DNA of 64,000 nt from Octopus sinensis (GCF_006345805.1 NC_043010.1:10540001-10604000); one strand, 5' to 3'. Numbered from the stretch's first letter, positions 26,411 through 39,759 are shown. Made by a program: numbers and translations. Notes: a model not told the origin generated them from the sequence alone.

Positions 26411-26829
26411 TATTATTATGATTATATAGTTGTTTGTTTGACTTGGTCATCTATAGTTGAGTAGAACGAAGACACTTGAGATTTGCATGCAAGCTTCCTT
26501 CCTTGACTGTCACACCGTATTCTACACAATCAATCTTCGTGACGATGACTGTACGGACGGTGAAGTGTGTTTTCAATTCAAATAATGGAATGAAAATATC
26601 TGAACACCAAACATTCAATTAACTACGTCCATGCCACAGCTCTTTGCCTGATTAGATGATTGATTTAGGTTAGGACAAAGACATGCTAAGGAAGGCCGAA
26701 ATGTCATGAATCTAGATGTTATGTCTCTGAAACCAGCAGAGTAACCACAGTTTATATATTTACATTCATAATATATACAACATACTTAGAAATTTATCTA
26801 TTTTATATTACATTACATATAAACATAAT

Positions 26830-26834
26830 GTGTA

Positions 26835-26885
<51 letters not shown>

Positions 26886-26900
26886 CATATATATATATAA

Positions 26901-26937
<37 letters not shown>

Positions 26938-26948
26938 ATATTTATTAT

Positions 26949-26981
<33 letters not shown>

Positions 26982-26999
26982 CATACACATATATATTAT

Positions 27000-27034
<35 letters not shown>

Positions 27035-27045
27035 ATATTTATTAT

Positions 27046-27094
<49 letters not shown>

Positions 27095-27174
27095 CACATA
27101 TATATTATATTTATTATACACACACACACACATATATATATATATACATACACATATATATATATATATAAAAT

Positions 27175-27228
<54 letters not shown>

Positions 27229-27243
27229 ATATTTATTATACAT

Positions 27244-27283
<40 letters not shown>

Positions 27284-27380
27284 GGAGAGAGAGAGGGAGA
27301 GATAAATTGATATATTTATACACAGACACATACGCACAAAACCACACACACACACACACACACACAAACGCACACATTGT
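26830..27380. repeat. (TA)n/(CA)n compound satellite with repeated ATATATTATATTTATTATACACAC units
   Basis: Direct reading. Confidence 0.9.
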
Positions 27381-27579
27381 TTACAGGCAGCCTTTAACTT
27401 TTCTATTCAAAGGCTTTAAAGCACAATATTTACATTTAATCATTTATAACTTTGTCTAGTTTTGGTTCCATAAGTGAAAAACTATTTATATTATGTACGT
27501 ATGTTTGTATATATATGTATGTACGTGTGTGTGTGTGAGTGTGTGTGTGAGTGTGTGTGTATGTGTGTGTATGTGTGTG

Positions 27580-27620
<41 letters not shown>

Positions 27621-27910
27621 TACATGTATGTTAAGAAGCAGTGTACGGTACCAGAATTTTCAACTGAAGTCAAAACTAACAAACAACTGAAAATTGTTGT
27701 TACAGAGTATCTGCAAAAGTGGAGTCAAGACTGGGTGGTTTGTACTGGCATTGAGTCATATTATGTTTTGAAATGCCTTTACTGAGGAAAGTTTACGTAA
27801 TGGATAGATTGCCTGTTATATATTACACAAACCTGAAACATGCATATTAAATGATTTCAAAATATTACTATTTGGTGTGACATCTTTATAGCAACTATAT
27901 ATCCATTTGT

Positions 27911-28190
27911 GGAGGCGCAATGGCCTAGTGGTTAGGGCAGTGGACTCGCAGTCGTAGGATCGCGATTTCGATTCCCAGACCGGGTGTTGTGAGTGTTTAT
28001 TGAGCGAAAACACCTAAAAAGCTCCACGAGGCTCCAGCAGTGGGTGGTGATCCCTGCTGTACTCTTTCACCACACTTTCTTCCACTCTTTCTTCTGTTGG
28101 CCTGCTTGCTAAAACAATGCGAACTTATTGTGACCAGCGATGTGTAGCAACATCTGATAGCCTGGTCGGTCAGGGTGATCATGGTGATAT
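27911..28190 (+). mobile_element. SINE family A, tail A2 (internal deletion)
   Basis: Family A head; tail AACAATGCGAAC...GACCAGCGATGTG, matching 58980 and 60337. Confidence 0.85.
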
Positions 28191-28404
28191 ATACATATAT
28201 TTGTGAAGGTGTGAGGAGAGCTATGTGAAGAAGTGCCACTCCCAAACAGTTGAAGGAATCCAGGGTAGAGGTAGACCCAAGAAGAAATAATCAAAGAGAT
28301 CTTGTGCAACTTTCAAAGGTGATATCCCTAGTGCTGTTGGCATGGAAAAAAACACCCACTACACCCTGTGAAGTCAGTTCTACTGTGATGTTTTGAAGTA
28401 TTTA

Positions 28405-28830
28405 GGAGTGGGAATGTGTGGTAAGTAGCTTGCTAACCAACCACATGGTTCCGGGTTCAGTCTCATTGCGTGGCACCTTGAGCAAGTGTCTTCTACTATA
28501 GCCTCGGGCTGACCAAAGCCTTGTGAGTGGATTTGGTAGACGGAAACTGAAAGAAGCCTGTCGTATATATGTATATATATATATATGTGTGTGTTGTGTG
28601 TGTGTGTGTATGTGTTTGTGTGTCTGTGTTTGTCCCCCTAGCATTGCTTGCTTGACAACCGATGCTGGTGTGTTTACGTCCCCGTCACTTAGCAGTTCGG
28701 CAAAAGAGACCGATAGAATAAGTACTGGGCTTACAAAGAATAAGTCCTGTGGTCGATTTGCTCGACTAATAAGGCGGTGCTCCAGCATGACCACAGTCAA
28801 ATGACTGAAACGAGTAAAAGAGTAAAGAGG
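28405..28830 (+). mobile_element. SINE family B
   Basis: Matches family B. Confidence 0.85.
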
Positions 28831-28969
28831 ATATTCGGCAAAAGCAACCGGATCTGTGGAGCACGAAGAATTGGATTCTTCATGACAACAATGCAATCTG
28901 TCACCAAGCTCTGCTCACTCGTGAGTTTCTCACCGAAGACAACATGGTATCACTTCTGCATCTGTCCTA

Positions 28970-29690
28970 TATACTTGTACTTGTGACAGCATTCACCTAG
29001 GGCAGGTTGAGCCGGCTTCTTCTCTGGTTCTGACGGCATCACGAACCATGACTGCCCACGCTCGACAGTCCTGTGCAAGGTCACTGGAGATAGCGAGCCA
29101 TTCGCAGTTCCATCTGTGCAGACCGACCATCTGCAGACCTGAGAGTTCAGAGAGGTCCTCCTTTATCGTTGTTGCCCAAGTTCAGAGAGGTCCTCCTTTA
29201 TCGTTGTTGCCCAAGTTCGGAGAGGTCCTCCTTTATCGTCGTTGCCCAAGTTTGGAGAGGTCCTCCTTTATCGTCGTTGCCCAAGTTCGGAGAGGTCCTC
29301 CTTTATCGTCGTTGCCCAAGTTTGGAGAGGTCCTCCTTTATCGTCGTTGCCCAAGTTCGGAGAGCTCCTCCTTTATCGTTGTTGCCCAGGTCTTCAGCTG
29401 TCCGCCCGTGCATTTGTGCCAGTTGGGAAGTGGAGGTAGAAGGAGGACATCGCAAATCAGCTCACCCTCTGGACGCCAGGCAGCATGACCGAACCACCTT
29501 AAGTGCCGCCGTAGAAGCACTGAAGGGAGGGGCCGGAGATTCAGGCAATGACGAAGACTGGCTGTAGGAACACGATCGATGCATCGGCAGCGAAGAATGC
29601 GGCGGAGACAGTCATTGTTGAATACCTCCAGCCTTCTTCTATGAATCCTACTGCTACCATGGCAATCTGTCCTATTCACCATCTCTTTGC
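28970..29690 (-). pseudogene. RTE-clade LINE 3' end (ORF C-terminus plus ACAAGTACAAGTA tail)
   Basis: RRLEVFNNDCLRRIL...RRHLRWFGHAAWRP...KTWATTIKEE, resuming after the 35-bp array as LSGLQMVG...DLAQDCRAWAVMVRDAV. Confidence 0.85.
29145..29390. repeat. 35-bp minisatellite, 7 copies, derived from LINE coding sequence
   Basis: AGAGGTCCTC at 29151, 29186, 29221, 29256, 29291, 29326, 29361. Confidence 0.95.
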
Positions 29691-30007
29691 CAAGATGAAA
29701 ATGCAGCTCAGCAGCTCAAAGGTTGCTGCTTTAACACTGTTGGGGAGATCCAGAGCAAAGCACAGAAGGTCTTCCAGGCTGGATCCGACTTCCAGACCGG
29801 ATCCATAGTGACAAGAATGCTGGGACAGTGTATTGCTGAACAAGGTGACTATTTCAAAAGAGATGATGTTTAAGCCTATGCAAATGATTACTGATTATGT
29901 TAAAGCTTATGCAAATAATTAAGCATAACTAGTCCGGAAACTTCTTGATACTACCTTGCAAACGAACCGATGCTCCAGTTTGGTCTTGGTCACAATGGCT
30001 AAAATAA

Positions 30008-30275
30008 TCGTGCCGGTGGCACATGAAAAGCACCATTTGATCGTGGCTATTTGCCAGCCTCGTCTGGCACCTGTGCTGGTGGCATGTAAAAAGCACCCAC
30101 TACACTCATGGAGTGGTTGGCGTTAGGAAGGGCATCCAGCCGTAGAAACACTGCCAGATCAGACTGGAGCCTGGTGCAAACATCTGGCTTCCCGGACCCC
30201 AGTTGAACCGTCCAACCCATGCTAGCATGGAAAGCATGGACGTTAAACGATGATGATGATGATGATGATGATGAA
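30008..30275 (+). mobile_element. Family C element
   Basis: TTAGGAAGGGCATCC motif and (GAT)n tail. Confidence 0.8.
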
Positions 30276-31405
30276 CTAGTAACATCTTATCTCACACACA
30301 GATATAAACAACATCAATATTATATAAAGCCGGTTACATTAAAGCTTAGTTTTATTTTGTCATGAGTCATATAAAAACACTGGTGAATTTTGATTACTTG
30401 AGTAAATAAGTAATTTGTATTCCACCATTGGTTTGCTTTTTTTTCTTTATTTTTTTAATATTAAACTTGCATGTCAAAATTTGTGATCAGAAGACAGAAC
30501 AAACCCACCATCACAGTACACCTGTAAATAAACAATGTGAGGAGACATTCGTGTGTGAGACAGTTTTATTTATGTATCTTATTTATTCGTTTATTTATTT
30601 TATTTATTTATGTATTTTTATTTATTTCTGTTTTTTTATTTATTTCTGTTTTTTGTTGTTGTTTTTTTGTTTTTGTTTTTGTTTTTTTATTTTTTCCATT
30701 AATGACAGTTCTCTATTCTGGGGGAAATTGATAAATACTATTTTCTGAATTTGATTAAGCCTGAAGGGAACTTGTCACGACAAACAAGGCTCATGAAAAA
30801 CGCAGCAGGAGAGAGGGCAGAGAGGGAGAAAGAGAAAGAGAGAGAGAAAGTCAAATAGAGAGAGAGGAAGAGAAAGGGAGAGAGACAGAAGAGAGGGAGG
30901 AGAATGAGATAAATCTCATGCAGTGAGAAAGAAAATTTAAATAAGAACTCTAGAAAATGTCTTATTAATTAGATAAAAATCTTCTTTTAGGTTTTATGTT
31001 TTCAGAATTAAAACTTGTAATGAGTTTTATTTTGATGAGTTAAATTTTATCTATCTTGCTCGTGCGTAAATTTAACTTTGTACCATCATGTAGCTTAGAT
31101 ATCATTTATTAATTAAATTTCCCTAGCCAGAATTTCATTAGACATTAACAACTCTCCTCCCACCAGCACGAAATCTTTACAATTAGACACGACTCAAACT
31201 CAGTTGTAAAAGACCAAGTGTAAATCATAATAAGCAACCAATTCATTAGTCTTTTGGTGCTCAGTAGAATTTTTTAAATTCATGATTTAGCATATTACTT
31301 TGTTACTCTTATAGAATGGACGATAACTGATGTAGTCTCTAGAGTCCAAGAAAGATGGTTGTGAAAATTCTTGCTGAACAACCTGCATAGAAAATTTGTC
31401 TAAAG

Positions 31406-31950
31406 GTGCAGGTGTGGCTGTGTGGTAAGCAGCTTGCTTCCCAACCATATGGTTCCGGGTTCAGTCCCATTGTGTGGAACCTTGGGAAATGTGTCTTCTA
31501 CTATAGCCTTGGGCTGACCGAATCACTGTGAGTGGATTTGGTAAGCAGAAAATGAAAGAATCCCATCATATATATGTATATATATATATATATCTTTTAC
31601 TCTTTTACTTGTTTCAGTCATTTGACTGTGGCCATGCTGGAGCACCGCCTTTAGTCGAGCAAATCGACCCAGGACTTATTCTTTGTAAGCCTAGTACTTA
31701 TTCTATCAGTCTCTGTTGCCAAACCGCTAAGTTATGAGGACGCAAACACACCAGCATCAGTTGTCAAGTGATGTAGGGGGGGGGACAAACAGACACACAA
31801 ACATACACACGCACACACACACATATATATATATATACACACATATATACGACAAGCTTCTTTCAGTTTCCGTTGGCCCAAGGCTATAGTAGAAGACACT
31901 TGCCCAAGGTACCATGCAGTGGGACTGAACCTGGAACCATGTGGTTGGGA
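31406..31950. mobile_element. Two family B SINEs in opposite orientation (+ about 31406-31590; - about 31594-31950) joined at a (TA)n tract
   Basis: Head on plus, then tail-to-head on minus. Confidence 0.75.
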
Positions 31951-32917
31951 AACAATTAAAAAAAAACAAAAAAAACAAGATGCTCATAGCTGGAATGGTG
32001 TTTTGATCATAAATCTGCTTGATCAAAATTGACCTAGGGTTAAACAAACAAGCAAACAGTAACCAGAACTCTTGAGTAATGAGTTCTGCCAAGTTGTTTT
32101 GTTCCAGTAACAAACTATGTGAAGAAGAAGTCTTTGGTGGTGCCCCAGCAACCTAATACATTACAAGAGGCAGTGCCGTTCGTAATAAGTTTAAGATCTA
32201 TAATTTAAGAACTAGATATTGTCAGTGATACAAATACATGTTCTGGAATAGTTGCTGATGTTTTATCGTCATTCGCTAGGAATGAAAAGCAAGAAAAAGA
32301 AAAAAAACTGGCAAACATTAAATTTGTTTACAACTGATCTTTCCTTAAGCGTTGCTGAATTTCAATGAATGATAACCAAATTATCATTGATTTATGGTGA
32401 ATAGTGGAATTCGGACTAAGTATAATTTAATAAGAAAAGACGATATTTTAATGGTGACCAGCATTGCAGACTGAGTTAAGTAAAATGACAAATTGTAAGC
32501 TCTCAATACGAAGTCAGGGGAGATATTCAGTCAATCATTTAATAACAGTTCAATAACATTTCTTTCTTCCATAATGCTCTCTCTCTCTCTTTCTTTTTCT
32601 CTTATTCTTCTCCTCTTTCTCTCTCTCTCTAGGTGTCTGTGTGTGTGTGTGTGCATGTTTGTGAATTTGTGAGTAGATGTATTTGTGTGTATATATTACA
32701 TATGTGTGAGTATGCACGTATATACATATGCATATATATATATTACATAGGTGTGAGTGTGTGTGCATATATATGTAAATATATTACATATGCATGAGTG
32801 TGTATGTATATATGTATACATATATGTATAAGCACATACTACATATATATATATCCATCATCTACATATAACTATATGTATGCATGTATATATGTATACA
32901 TATATGTATAAGCACAT

Positions 32918-32950
<33 letters not shown>

Positions 32951-33023
32951 CCATCATCTACATATAACTATATGTATGCATGTATGAATGCATGCTTGCA
33001 TGTATGTATACATGTATATATGT

Positions 33024-33054
<31 letters not shown>

Positions 33055-33082
33055 TACATGCAGAGAATAGGAGATAAAGAGA

Positions 33083-33125
<43 letters not shown>

Positions 33126-33661
33126 CGAGAGAGAGAGAGACTGAGAAAGGTATTCATTTGCAGAAATGAAAGAAATGAGCACTAAATATATTACCGAGTA
33201 ACCGTTGGTTTTACATTCTATTATTGCTTGAAGTTTCACACTTGTAAAATACATGTGTGTGTGTGTGTGCGTGTGTGTGCTATGAATCGGGCAATATTTA
33301 GTGAATAAGGGTAGATGATAGCCTTTCTATGGAACTCTAGCTAGGCTGATTCTTATAGGTTAATGTGAGTCATATGAACACAAATTTTACAAGCTGAAAA
33401 TGGCTGGAATATGAATATTGTGATGCAATGTAGGTTACCCAGTCCAGCCTCTGGCTGTCAAGGACAGATACTATAAGTAAACAGAAAGTATATATTATAA
33501 TTTGTGAAGAAATAAGCTTCATCATCTGTCTTTTTTTTTATGATGATTCTTCTTGAGATAAAAATGTCCATGGCTTTATCTTTACTTACATTTGCTGTCA
33601 CTTGAATGCACACCTAGATATCTTTTTTTTATCATAAAAGTTTACTGACTAGGGAAATAAA

Positions 33662-34030
33662 CTCTTTTACTCTTTTACTCTTTTACTTGCTTCAGTCATT
33701 TGACTGCGGCCATGCTGGAGCACTGCCTTTAGTCGAGCAAATCGACCCCGGGACTTATTCTTTGTAAGCCCAGTACTTATTCTATCGGTCCCTTTGGCCG
33801 AACCGCTAAGTGACGGGGACGTAAACACACCAGCATCGGTTGTCAAGTAATGCTAGGGGGACAAACACACACACAAACATACACACATACACATATATAT
33901 ATATATATACATATATACGACAGGCTTCTTTCAGTTTCCGTCTACCAAATCCACTCACAAGGCATTGGTTGGCCTGGGGCTATAGCAGATGACACTTGCC
34001 CAAGATGCCACGTAGTCAGACTGAACCCGG
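33662..34030 (-). mobile_element. SINE family B, 5'-truncated
   Basis: Matches family B. Confidence 0.85.
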
Positions 34031-34303
34031 ATTTTTTGTTTGGTTTTTTTTTTGCTTCAACAGCATCTAACCTTTATTTTATATGGTCTATGCAGTATAT
34101 CCTATCTTTCAATTTTACTAGCATGGAATTATTATCAAAGGTGTCCTGATGTGTTAAGGTTGTGTCATATGCCACAACATTATGTCTGTCAAAACACGGT
34201 CAAAAGTGTTGGTATCTCTTGTTTTGTCTATCTATAAGTTGTCTTATAGTTATCTATAAGTTGTCTATAAGTTATCTATAAGTTGTCTATCTATAAGTTG
34301 TCT

Positions 34304-34526
34304 AAGGCTGTGAGCTGGCAGAAACGTTAGCATGCCAGGCGAAATGCGTAGCCGTATTTCGTCTGCCGTTACGTTCTGGGTTCAAATTCCGCCGAGGTCG
34401 ACTTTGCCTTTCATCCTTTCGGGGGTCGATAAATTAAGTACCAGTTACGCACCGGGTCGATGTAATCGTTTGTCTGTCCTTGTTGGTCCCCTCTGTGTTT
34501 AGCCCCTTGTGGGTAGTAAAGAAATA
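34304..34526 (+). mobile_element. SINE family D, inserted into a (TATAAGTTRTC)n mini-array
   Basis: Family D head and tail; flanks TATAAGTTGTCT and TATAAGTTATCT. Confidence 0.85.
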
Positions 34527-34841
34527 TATAAGTTATCTTATGTCAAGGCCATCATAAGTTGTTCTATCTGAAAGTCAGAAATATCAGTTGTTAATCTCCC
34601 TAGCTAGATAAGGGGGTAAGTGAGCAGATTTGAAATCAGATTAAACAAAATACTTAGTGACATTTCTTCTACCTTTATGTTCTGTGTTCAAATGCTACTG
34701 TAGCAGATTTTACCTATCCCATTTATGGATTTGATAAAATACATATCAGTAGTGCACTGTGGTCAATAGAATTGACTTATCCTCTCCCCTGAAATTGCTG
34801 GTCTTGAGCCAAAATCTGAAACCAATTTACCAAGCTAGACC

Positions 34842-35442
34842 GGAAAGACTTCTGCCCATCCCCCCACCATTTTCTCCCAAATATGTTTAGTTCGTAATTT
34901 TTGTTTTGCCAAAAATCCCTGTTTTCAGATATGGAGGTGCCGGAAAATCGCCAAAATTGGCATTGTGAAATTTGTTCCCCCCTTTCCCTCCAACATCTTC
35001 AATTTTGACTTTTTCCCAACACTAACCCTAAAACCCTAACCCTAACTCTTGCCCTAAAACCCTAAAACCCTAACCCTAATCCTAAAACCTTAACCATAAG
35101 TACAGAAATGTTTTGAAATTTTTGTCCGAAACATGATGTCCATATTTATCTGCATATTTATAAAAAAATATTCTTAAAAAAAATTTTACAAAGAATTTTG
35201 GAAATTTTTTTCAGAATCATAATCTCTGTATTTTTCCGCATATTTTGAAAAGAAAAATTGTGAAAAACGTTAAAAATGAAGGAAATGGGGGTGGGTAGGT
35301 GTTAATTTAGAAATGTCGATTTTTGCCAAATTTTTTGCAGATTTCTATTCCCCGTAGCTGAAAAGGTTAGTTTGTGTCGAAAAAAAATTTTTTTTTTTTA
35401 AGGTTGTTTTTTGTTGAGGGGGGACGGGCGGAAGTCTTGCCA
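34842..35442. mobile_element. Non-autonomous TIR element with internal telomere-like (CCCTAA/CCCTAAAA)n
   Basis: TIR GGAAAGACTTCTGCCCATCCCCC vs GGGGGACGGGCGGAAGTCTTGCC. CTAGACC direct repeat at 34835-34841 and 35443-35449. Telomere-like tract at 35022-35098. Confidence 0.75.
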
Positions 35443-36210
35443 CTAGACCATGACAATAAGTGAAAAATCTCTTACAAAGTTTCTGCAGCAAATTTACTCA
35501 TCTTTGTAAAACTGTTTAAGTCAAGATAGTCCAGTAATTTCATATCAGTCAGTACAACACCAGCATAAGTGAGCCATATAAGTTTCAGAAGTTTTCACTA
35601 GAATTATGATGTAAGGCAATATCTTTCAGGCTATATGCGGTCAAGGTAGAATATCCTGAGAACATTATGCCGTCAGCCATCAATGGAATTCCTGAATTCC
35701 ACACGACTCCACTGCAACATATAGGTTGTCATGTTTTCCTTTGTTGAATCTGACACCACAAATGACAATTTGTATCATAGACACACCAATGTTACATACA
35801 GTTTTTGCATTATGGAGAGAAATGACCCCGAGTGACAGGCATGAGCTGCCTTTATGTTTTCCAGGTACATTAGCAAAGGTGAACTACTTCCGTGTTTATA
35901 CTTTTGCGCAAATGTTTTGTTCTCTTCTTCCATTTTATTTCCAAAATTCTTTGTAAAATTTTTTTTAAGAATTTTTTTTTATAAATATGCAGATAAATAC
36001 GGACATCATGTTTCGGACAAAAATTTTATTTGTTTGACAAAACCTCAAGGCTGTCCTTCGTCGGATTGATATACAGTTTGTGATTTCATTTCCATTTTGT
36101 AACTTTCTCACACACACATACACACACACATGTATATACAAATATGTGTGTGGACATATATATATATATACATACATACATGCATACATATATATATATA
36201 TATTTCAAAA

Positions 36211-36566
36211 TGTGACCTCGTGTGTACCATTGGCGATTTTTTTCCTCTCTCTTCCCTTCTCGGGATCTTTCCTTCTCCTATGTTTCCGACGAAGAGCTCC
36301 GCTCGAAACGTTAAACCCTCCTCCTTTCCTTCTTTCCTGAGCATCCAATAATACTATATTTGTTCCACGTCCTCTCGTTGTTGTGTTTTTTTGTATTTCT
36401 CTCTTCCCTTCTCGGGATCTTTCCTTCTCCTATGTTTCCGACGAAGAGCTCCGCTCGAAACGTTAAACCCTCCTTTCCTTCTTTCCTGAGCGTCCAATAA
36501 TACTATATTTGTTCCACGTCCTCGCGTTGTTGTGTTTTTTTGTGCTTTCTTGTTTGGATTAACTTT
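36211..36566 (+). mobile_element. Small Penelope/retrozyme-like element, partial tandem dimer with two hammerhead folds (36282-36316, 36434-36468)
   Basis: GTTT-CCGACGA-A-GAGC-TCC-GCTC-GAAAC-GTT-AAAC twice, 152 nt apart; flanked by (TA)n. Confidence 0.75.
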
Positions 36567-36650
36567 ATATATATATATATATATACACACACACATGTTG
36601 ACACATATATATGTATGTATATATATATATAGTTCAGTAGTTTAGTTCTA

Positions 36651-36770
36651 TATTTAAGAGATGAGGAATTATGCACATTATTTACATTATTTACATTTGA
36701 CGGATATTTGTCCTCATCTTGTTTGTTGTTAACACAACGTTTTGGCTGATATACTCTCCAGCCTTCATCA
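36651..36770 (-). mobile_element. 3' fragment of the tRNA-hammerhead SINE family
   Basis: Minus strand TGATGA-A-GGCTGG...TCAGCC-AAAAC-GTT-GTGTT; downstream sequence matches 2219-2270. Confidence 0.7.
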
Positions 36771-36773
36771 ATG

Positions 36774-37119
36774 ATATCCAGAGGTAATGCAGTACGATCG
36801 TTTCCTGCAACCCCATTTAATTGAATAATGCAATCATTACATCAATTTAAAATGTAGAGCAATTTTTAGCTGCGCAAAGACATAGAATGTAATTAGATTA
36901 GATCAGAGGGACACATTAGTATAATTTTACCTAAAATCTATTTAACTTCTTGGTGACTTTAGCTATAATTATACTAATGTGCCTATCTGTTCTAATTTAA
37001 TTAAATTCTATGTCTTTGTGCAACTGAAGATTGCTCAACATTTTAAATTGATGTAATGATTGCATTGTTCAATTAAATAGAGTTGCATGAAACGATCGTA
37101 CTGCATTACCTCTGGATAT
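36774..37119. mobile_element. Fold-back MITE; almost the whole element is an imperfect palindrome; TA-flanked
   Basis: TA|TCCAGAGGTAATGCAGTACGATCGTTTC...GAAACGATCGTACTGCATTACCTCTGGA|TA. Arms pair over about 165 bp around a loop of about 16 nt. Confidence 0.85.
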
Positions 37120-37219
37120 ACTTCTTACTTATTTTGATTTTAATCACCTTTCTTTAAAATTGTATGGATAACACCGTACTAAATTCCGGTGCCTCAACTT
37201 AAGAACCATATTCATCTGA

Positions 37220-37259
<40 letters not shown>

Positions 37260-37848
37260 TTATAAATATATGTAATATATAATTTTTAATTTTTAATGCT
37301 TAATTGTATTGCTTATTTTTAAAGGGATGTAAAATTAGATATATGATATTTTGAAATAGAACTTGAAGAGATGTTGGAATAATTGTAAAGCTGATGATTT
37401 CATATATGTATTTATATATGTATATATATAGGTATACAGTTGTGTATATGTATATATATATTGTAATCTTCCAATACTGAAACACGTGTAGTTCCTTCGC
37501 ATTTATTAAATATAAGTATTAACTAAATTATGATATAATTAATGAAGTACATTATATAGCTGGTAATTTAGGTTATATCCTTTAAGTGTTATTTCATGAT
37601 GTGCAAACTGATACCATGAGTTTACAGTGAGATATACTCAAAAGGTTATTTTTGTATTATCTGAAATAGAATACCCATATATCAATTAATCCCCAAAAAT
37701 TGAATACTGGCTTTTATTAGATACTTTGAATATTTATAGATAAATATATAAATATACGATAAATAAGACCCCAAAGTACGATATGTAGATGCATATAATG
37801 CTGTAGGGTTACACCTGATTGATTTGGAAATTTGTTTTCCAAGTTATT

Positions 37849-37897
<49 letters not shown>

Positions 37898-37986
37898 TGT
37901 ATATATATATGTATGTGTGTGTATATATATATGTATATATATTGATATGTACAGATATATATATATATATATATACATATATACAG

Positions 37987-38024
<38 letters not shown>

Positions 38025-38600
38025 TGTATATATATATATATATATATATACATATCTATATGTGTGTGTATGTATGTATGTATATTTGCTCGACTAAAGG
38101 TGGTGCTCCAGCATGGCCACAGTCAAATGACTGAAACAAGTAAAAGAGTAAAACAGAGTAAAAAGAAACTATGTATATATATATATATACACACACACAC
38201 ACAAACACACACACACATTTATACACATGTCTACATGCACACATACACATACATATACACACTTATGTATATTTACCACAATGTACCACAACTTGGACAA
38301 GTGCCATTTATCAACATTGAGTTAACATGAATTTTGCAAGTCCAATTTGGCGGAAGAGAAATCAAGTAGAGGTCTGACAAAGAGACCGATTCTGTTTTAG
38401 GGAGGAAAACTTAATTTGTTTAATCAGGTTTCTTTAACACCTTCACATAATTCCTGAGTAACTTTTCTGGATTTCACTCTGATGCAAGCAATAAAATGCA
38501 CACACACACACACACATATATATACATATATTATGTTTTCAGATATGTGTGTGAATGTGGATGTGTGTGTGTGTGTGTATGTGTGGGTGTATATATATAT

Positions 38601-38830
38601 ACTCTTTACTCTTTTACTCTTTTACTTGTTTCGGTCATTTTATGACTGCGGCCATGCTGGAACACCGCCTTATTAGTTGAGCAAATCGACCCCAGGACTT
38701 ATTCTTCGTAGGTCTAGTACTTTTCCTATCGGTCTCTTTTGCCGAACCGCTAAGTGACGGGGACATAAACACACCAGCATCGGTTGTCAAGCAATGCTAG
38801 GGGGACAAACACAGACACACAAACATACAC
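38601..38830 (-). mobile_element. SINE family B 3' half (other B pieces at about 38085-38162, 39160-39745)
   Basis: Matches family B. Confidence 0.75.
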
Positions 38831-39759
38831 GTGCACGCACACACAGAATATTCCTACTTAAATGAAACAAAGCAATTTCATTTCTTTAAAAATAGCCACA
38901 AACGATGTTCAGTAGCAAGTAAATATACTTCTAAATGCATATTACTTCACTTTTAAACTATTTGTCTTTATTTATTGTTCTGTCAAATCAGTTTGAATAA
39001 AATTTGCATATTCAAATTTCTTCTGCATTAATTATCACTGGAACAATTTTATGGTCACAATTGCTGTTTAATTGCATATTGTTAATCTTGAGAATTAAGT
39101 AGAGCTCATATTTCTCCTTAGTTAAATGATACCATTATGTAGTCATTGTCTACTTGACTAGTTGTGAGTGTGTGGTATGAAGCTTCCTTCCCAACCACAT
39201 GGTTCTAGGTTCAATCCTACATCATGCTCTCTGCTCATCTAAAACCTTGTGGGGGGAATTTGGTAGATGGAAACTGAAAGAAGTTTGTTGTATGTGTGTG
39301 TGTTTGTGTATGTTGTCCTCCCACCACTTGACTGTACACACACACACACATGCACACATCTTTTATCTTTTACTTGTTTCAGTCATTTGACTGTGGCCAT
39401 GCTGGGGCACTGCCTTGAAGGGTTTTAGTCAAACAAATTGACTGTAGGACCTATATATTTAAGCTTAGTACTTCTCTCAGTCTCTTTTGCTGAACCACTA
39501 AATTACGGGGACATAAACAAACCAACACCAATTCTCAAGTACTGGTGAGGGACAAAGACACGTGCATAGGTGTATACATATATATGTATAAGCGACATGC
39601 TTCTTTCAGTTTCCATCTACCAAATCCACTCACAAGATTTTGGTTGGCCTGAAGCTATAGTAGAAGATACCTTCCCAAGGCATCATACAGTAGGACTGAA
39701 CCTGGAAACATGTGATAGGGAAACAAGCTTCTTACCACACAGCTACTATATATCATATA

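Noticed and set aside
25393-26450. Long poly-N, poly-I and poly-L ORFs (up to 279 aa)
   Set aside because: Translations of an (ATT)n tract that lacks stops in several frames. The same applies to all YI/HT/CV-rich ORFs over TA/CA repeats.
35022-35098. Chromosome end or true telomere
   Set aside because: Short, degenerate and internal to a TIR-bounded element.
35450-35935. Possible transposase remnant between the TIR element and its inverted fragment
   Set aside because: All frames are interrupted and I recognised no convincing DDE/D motif.
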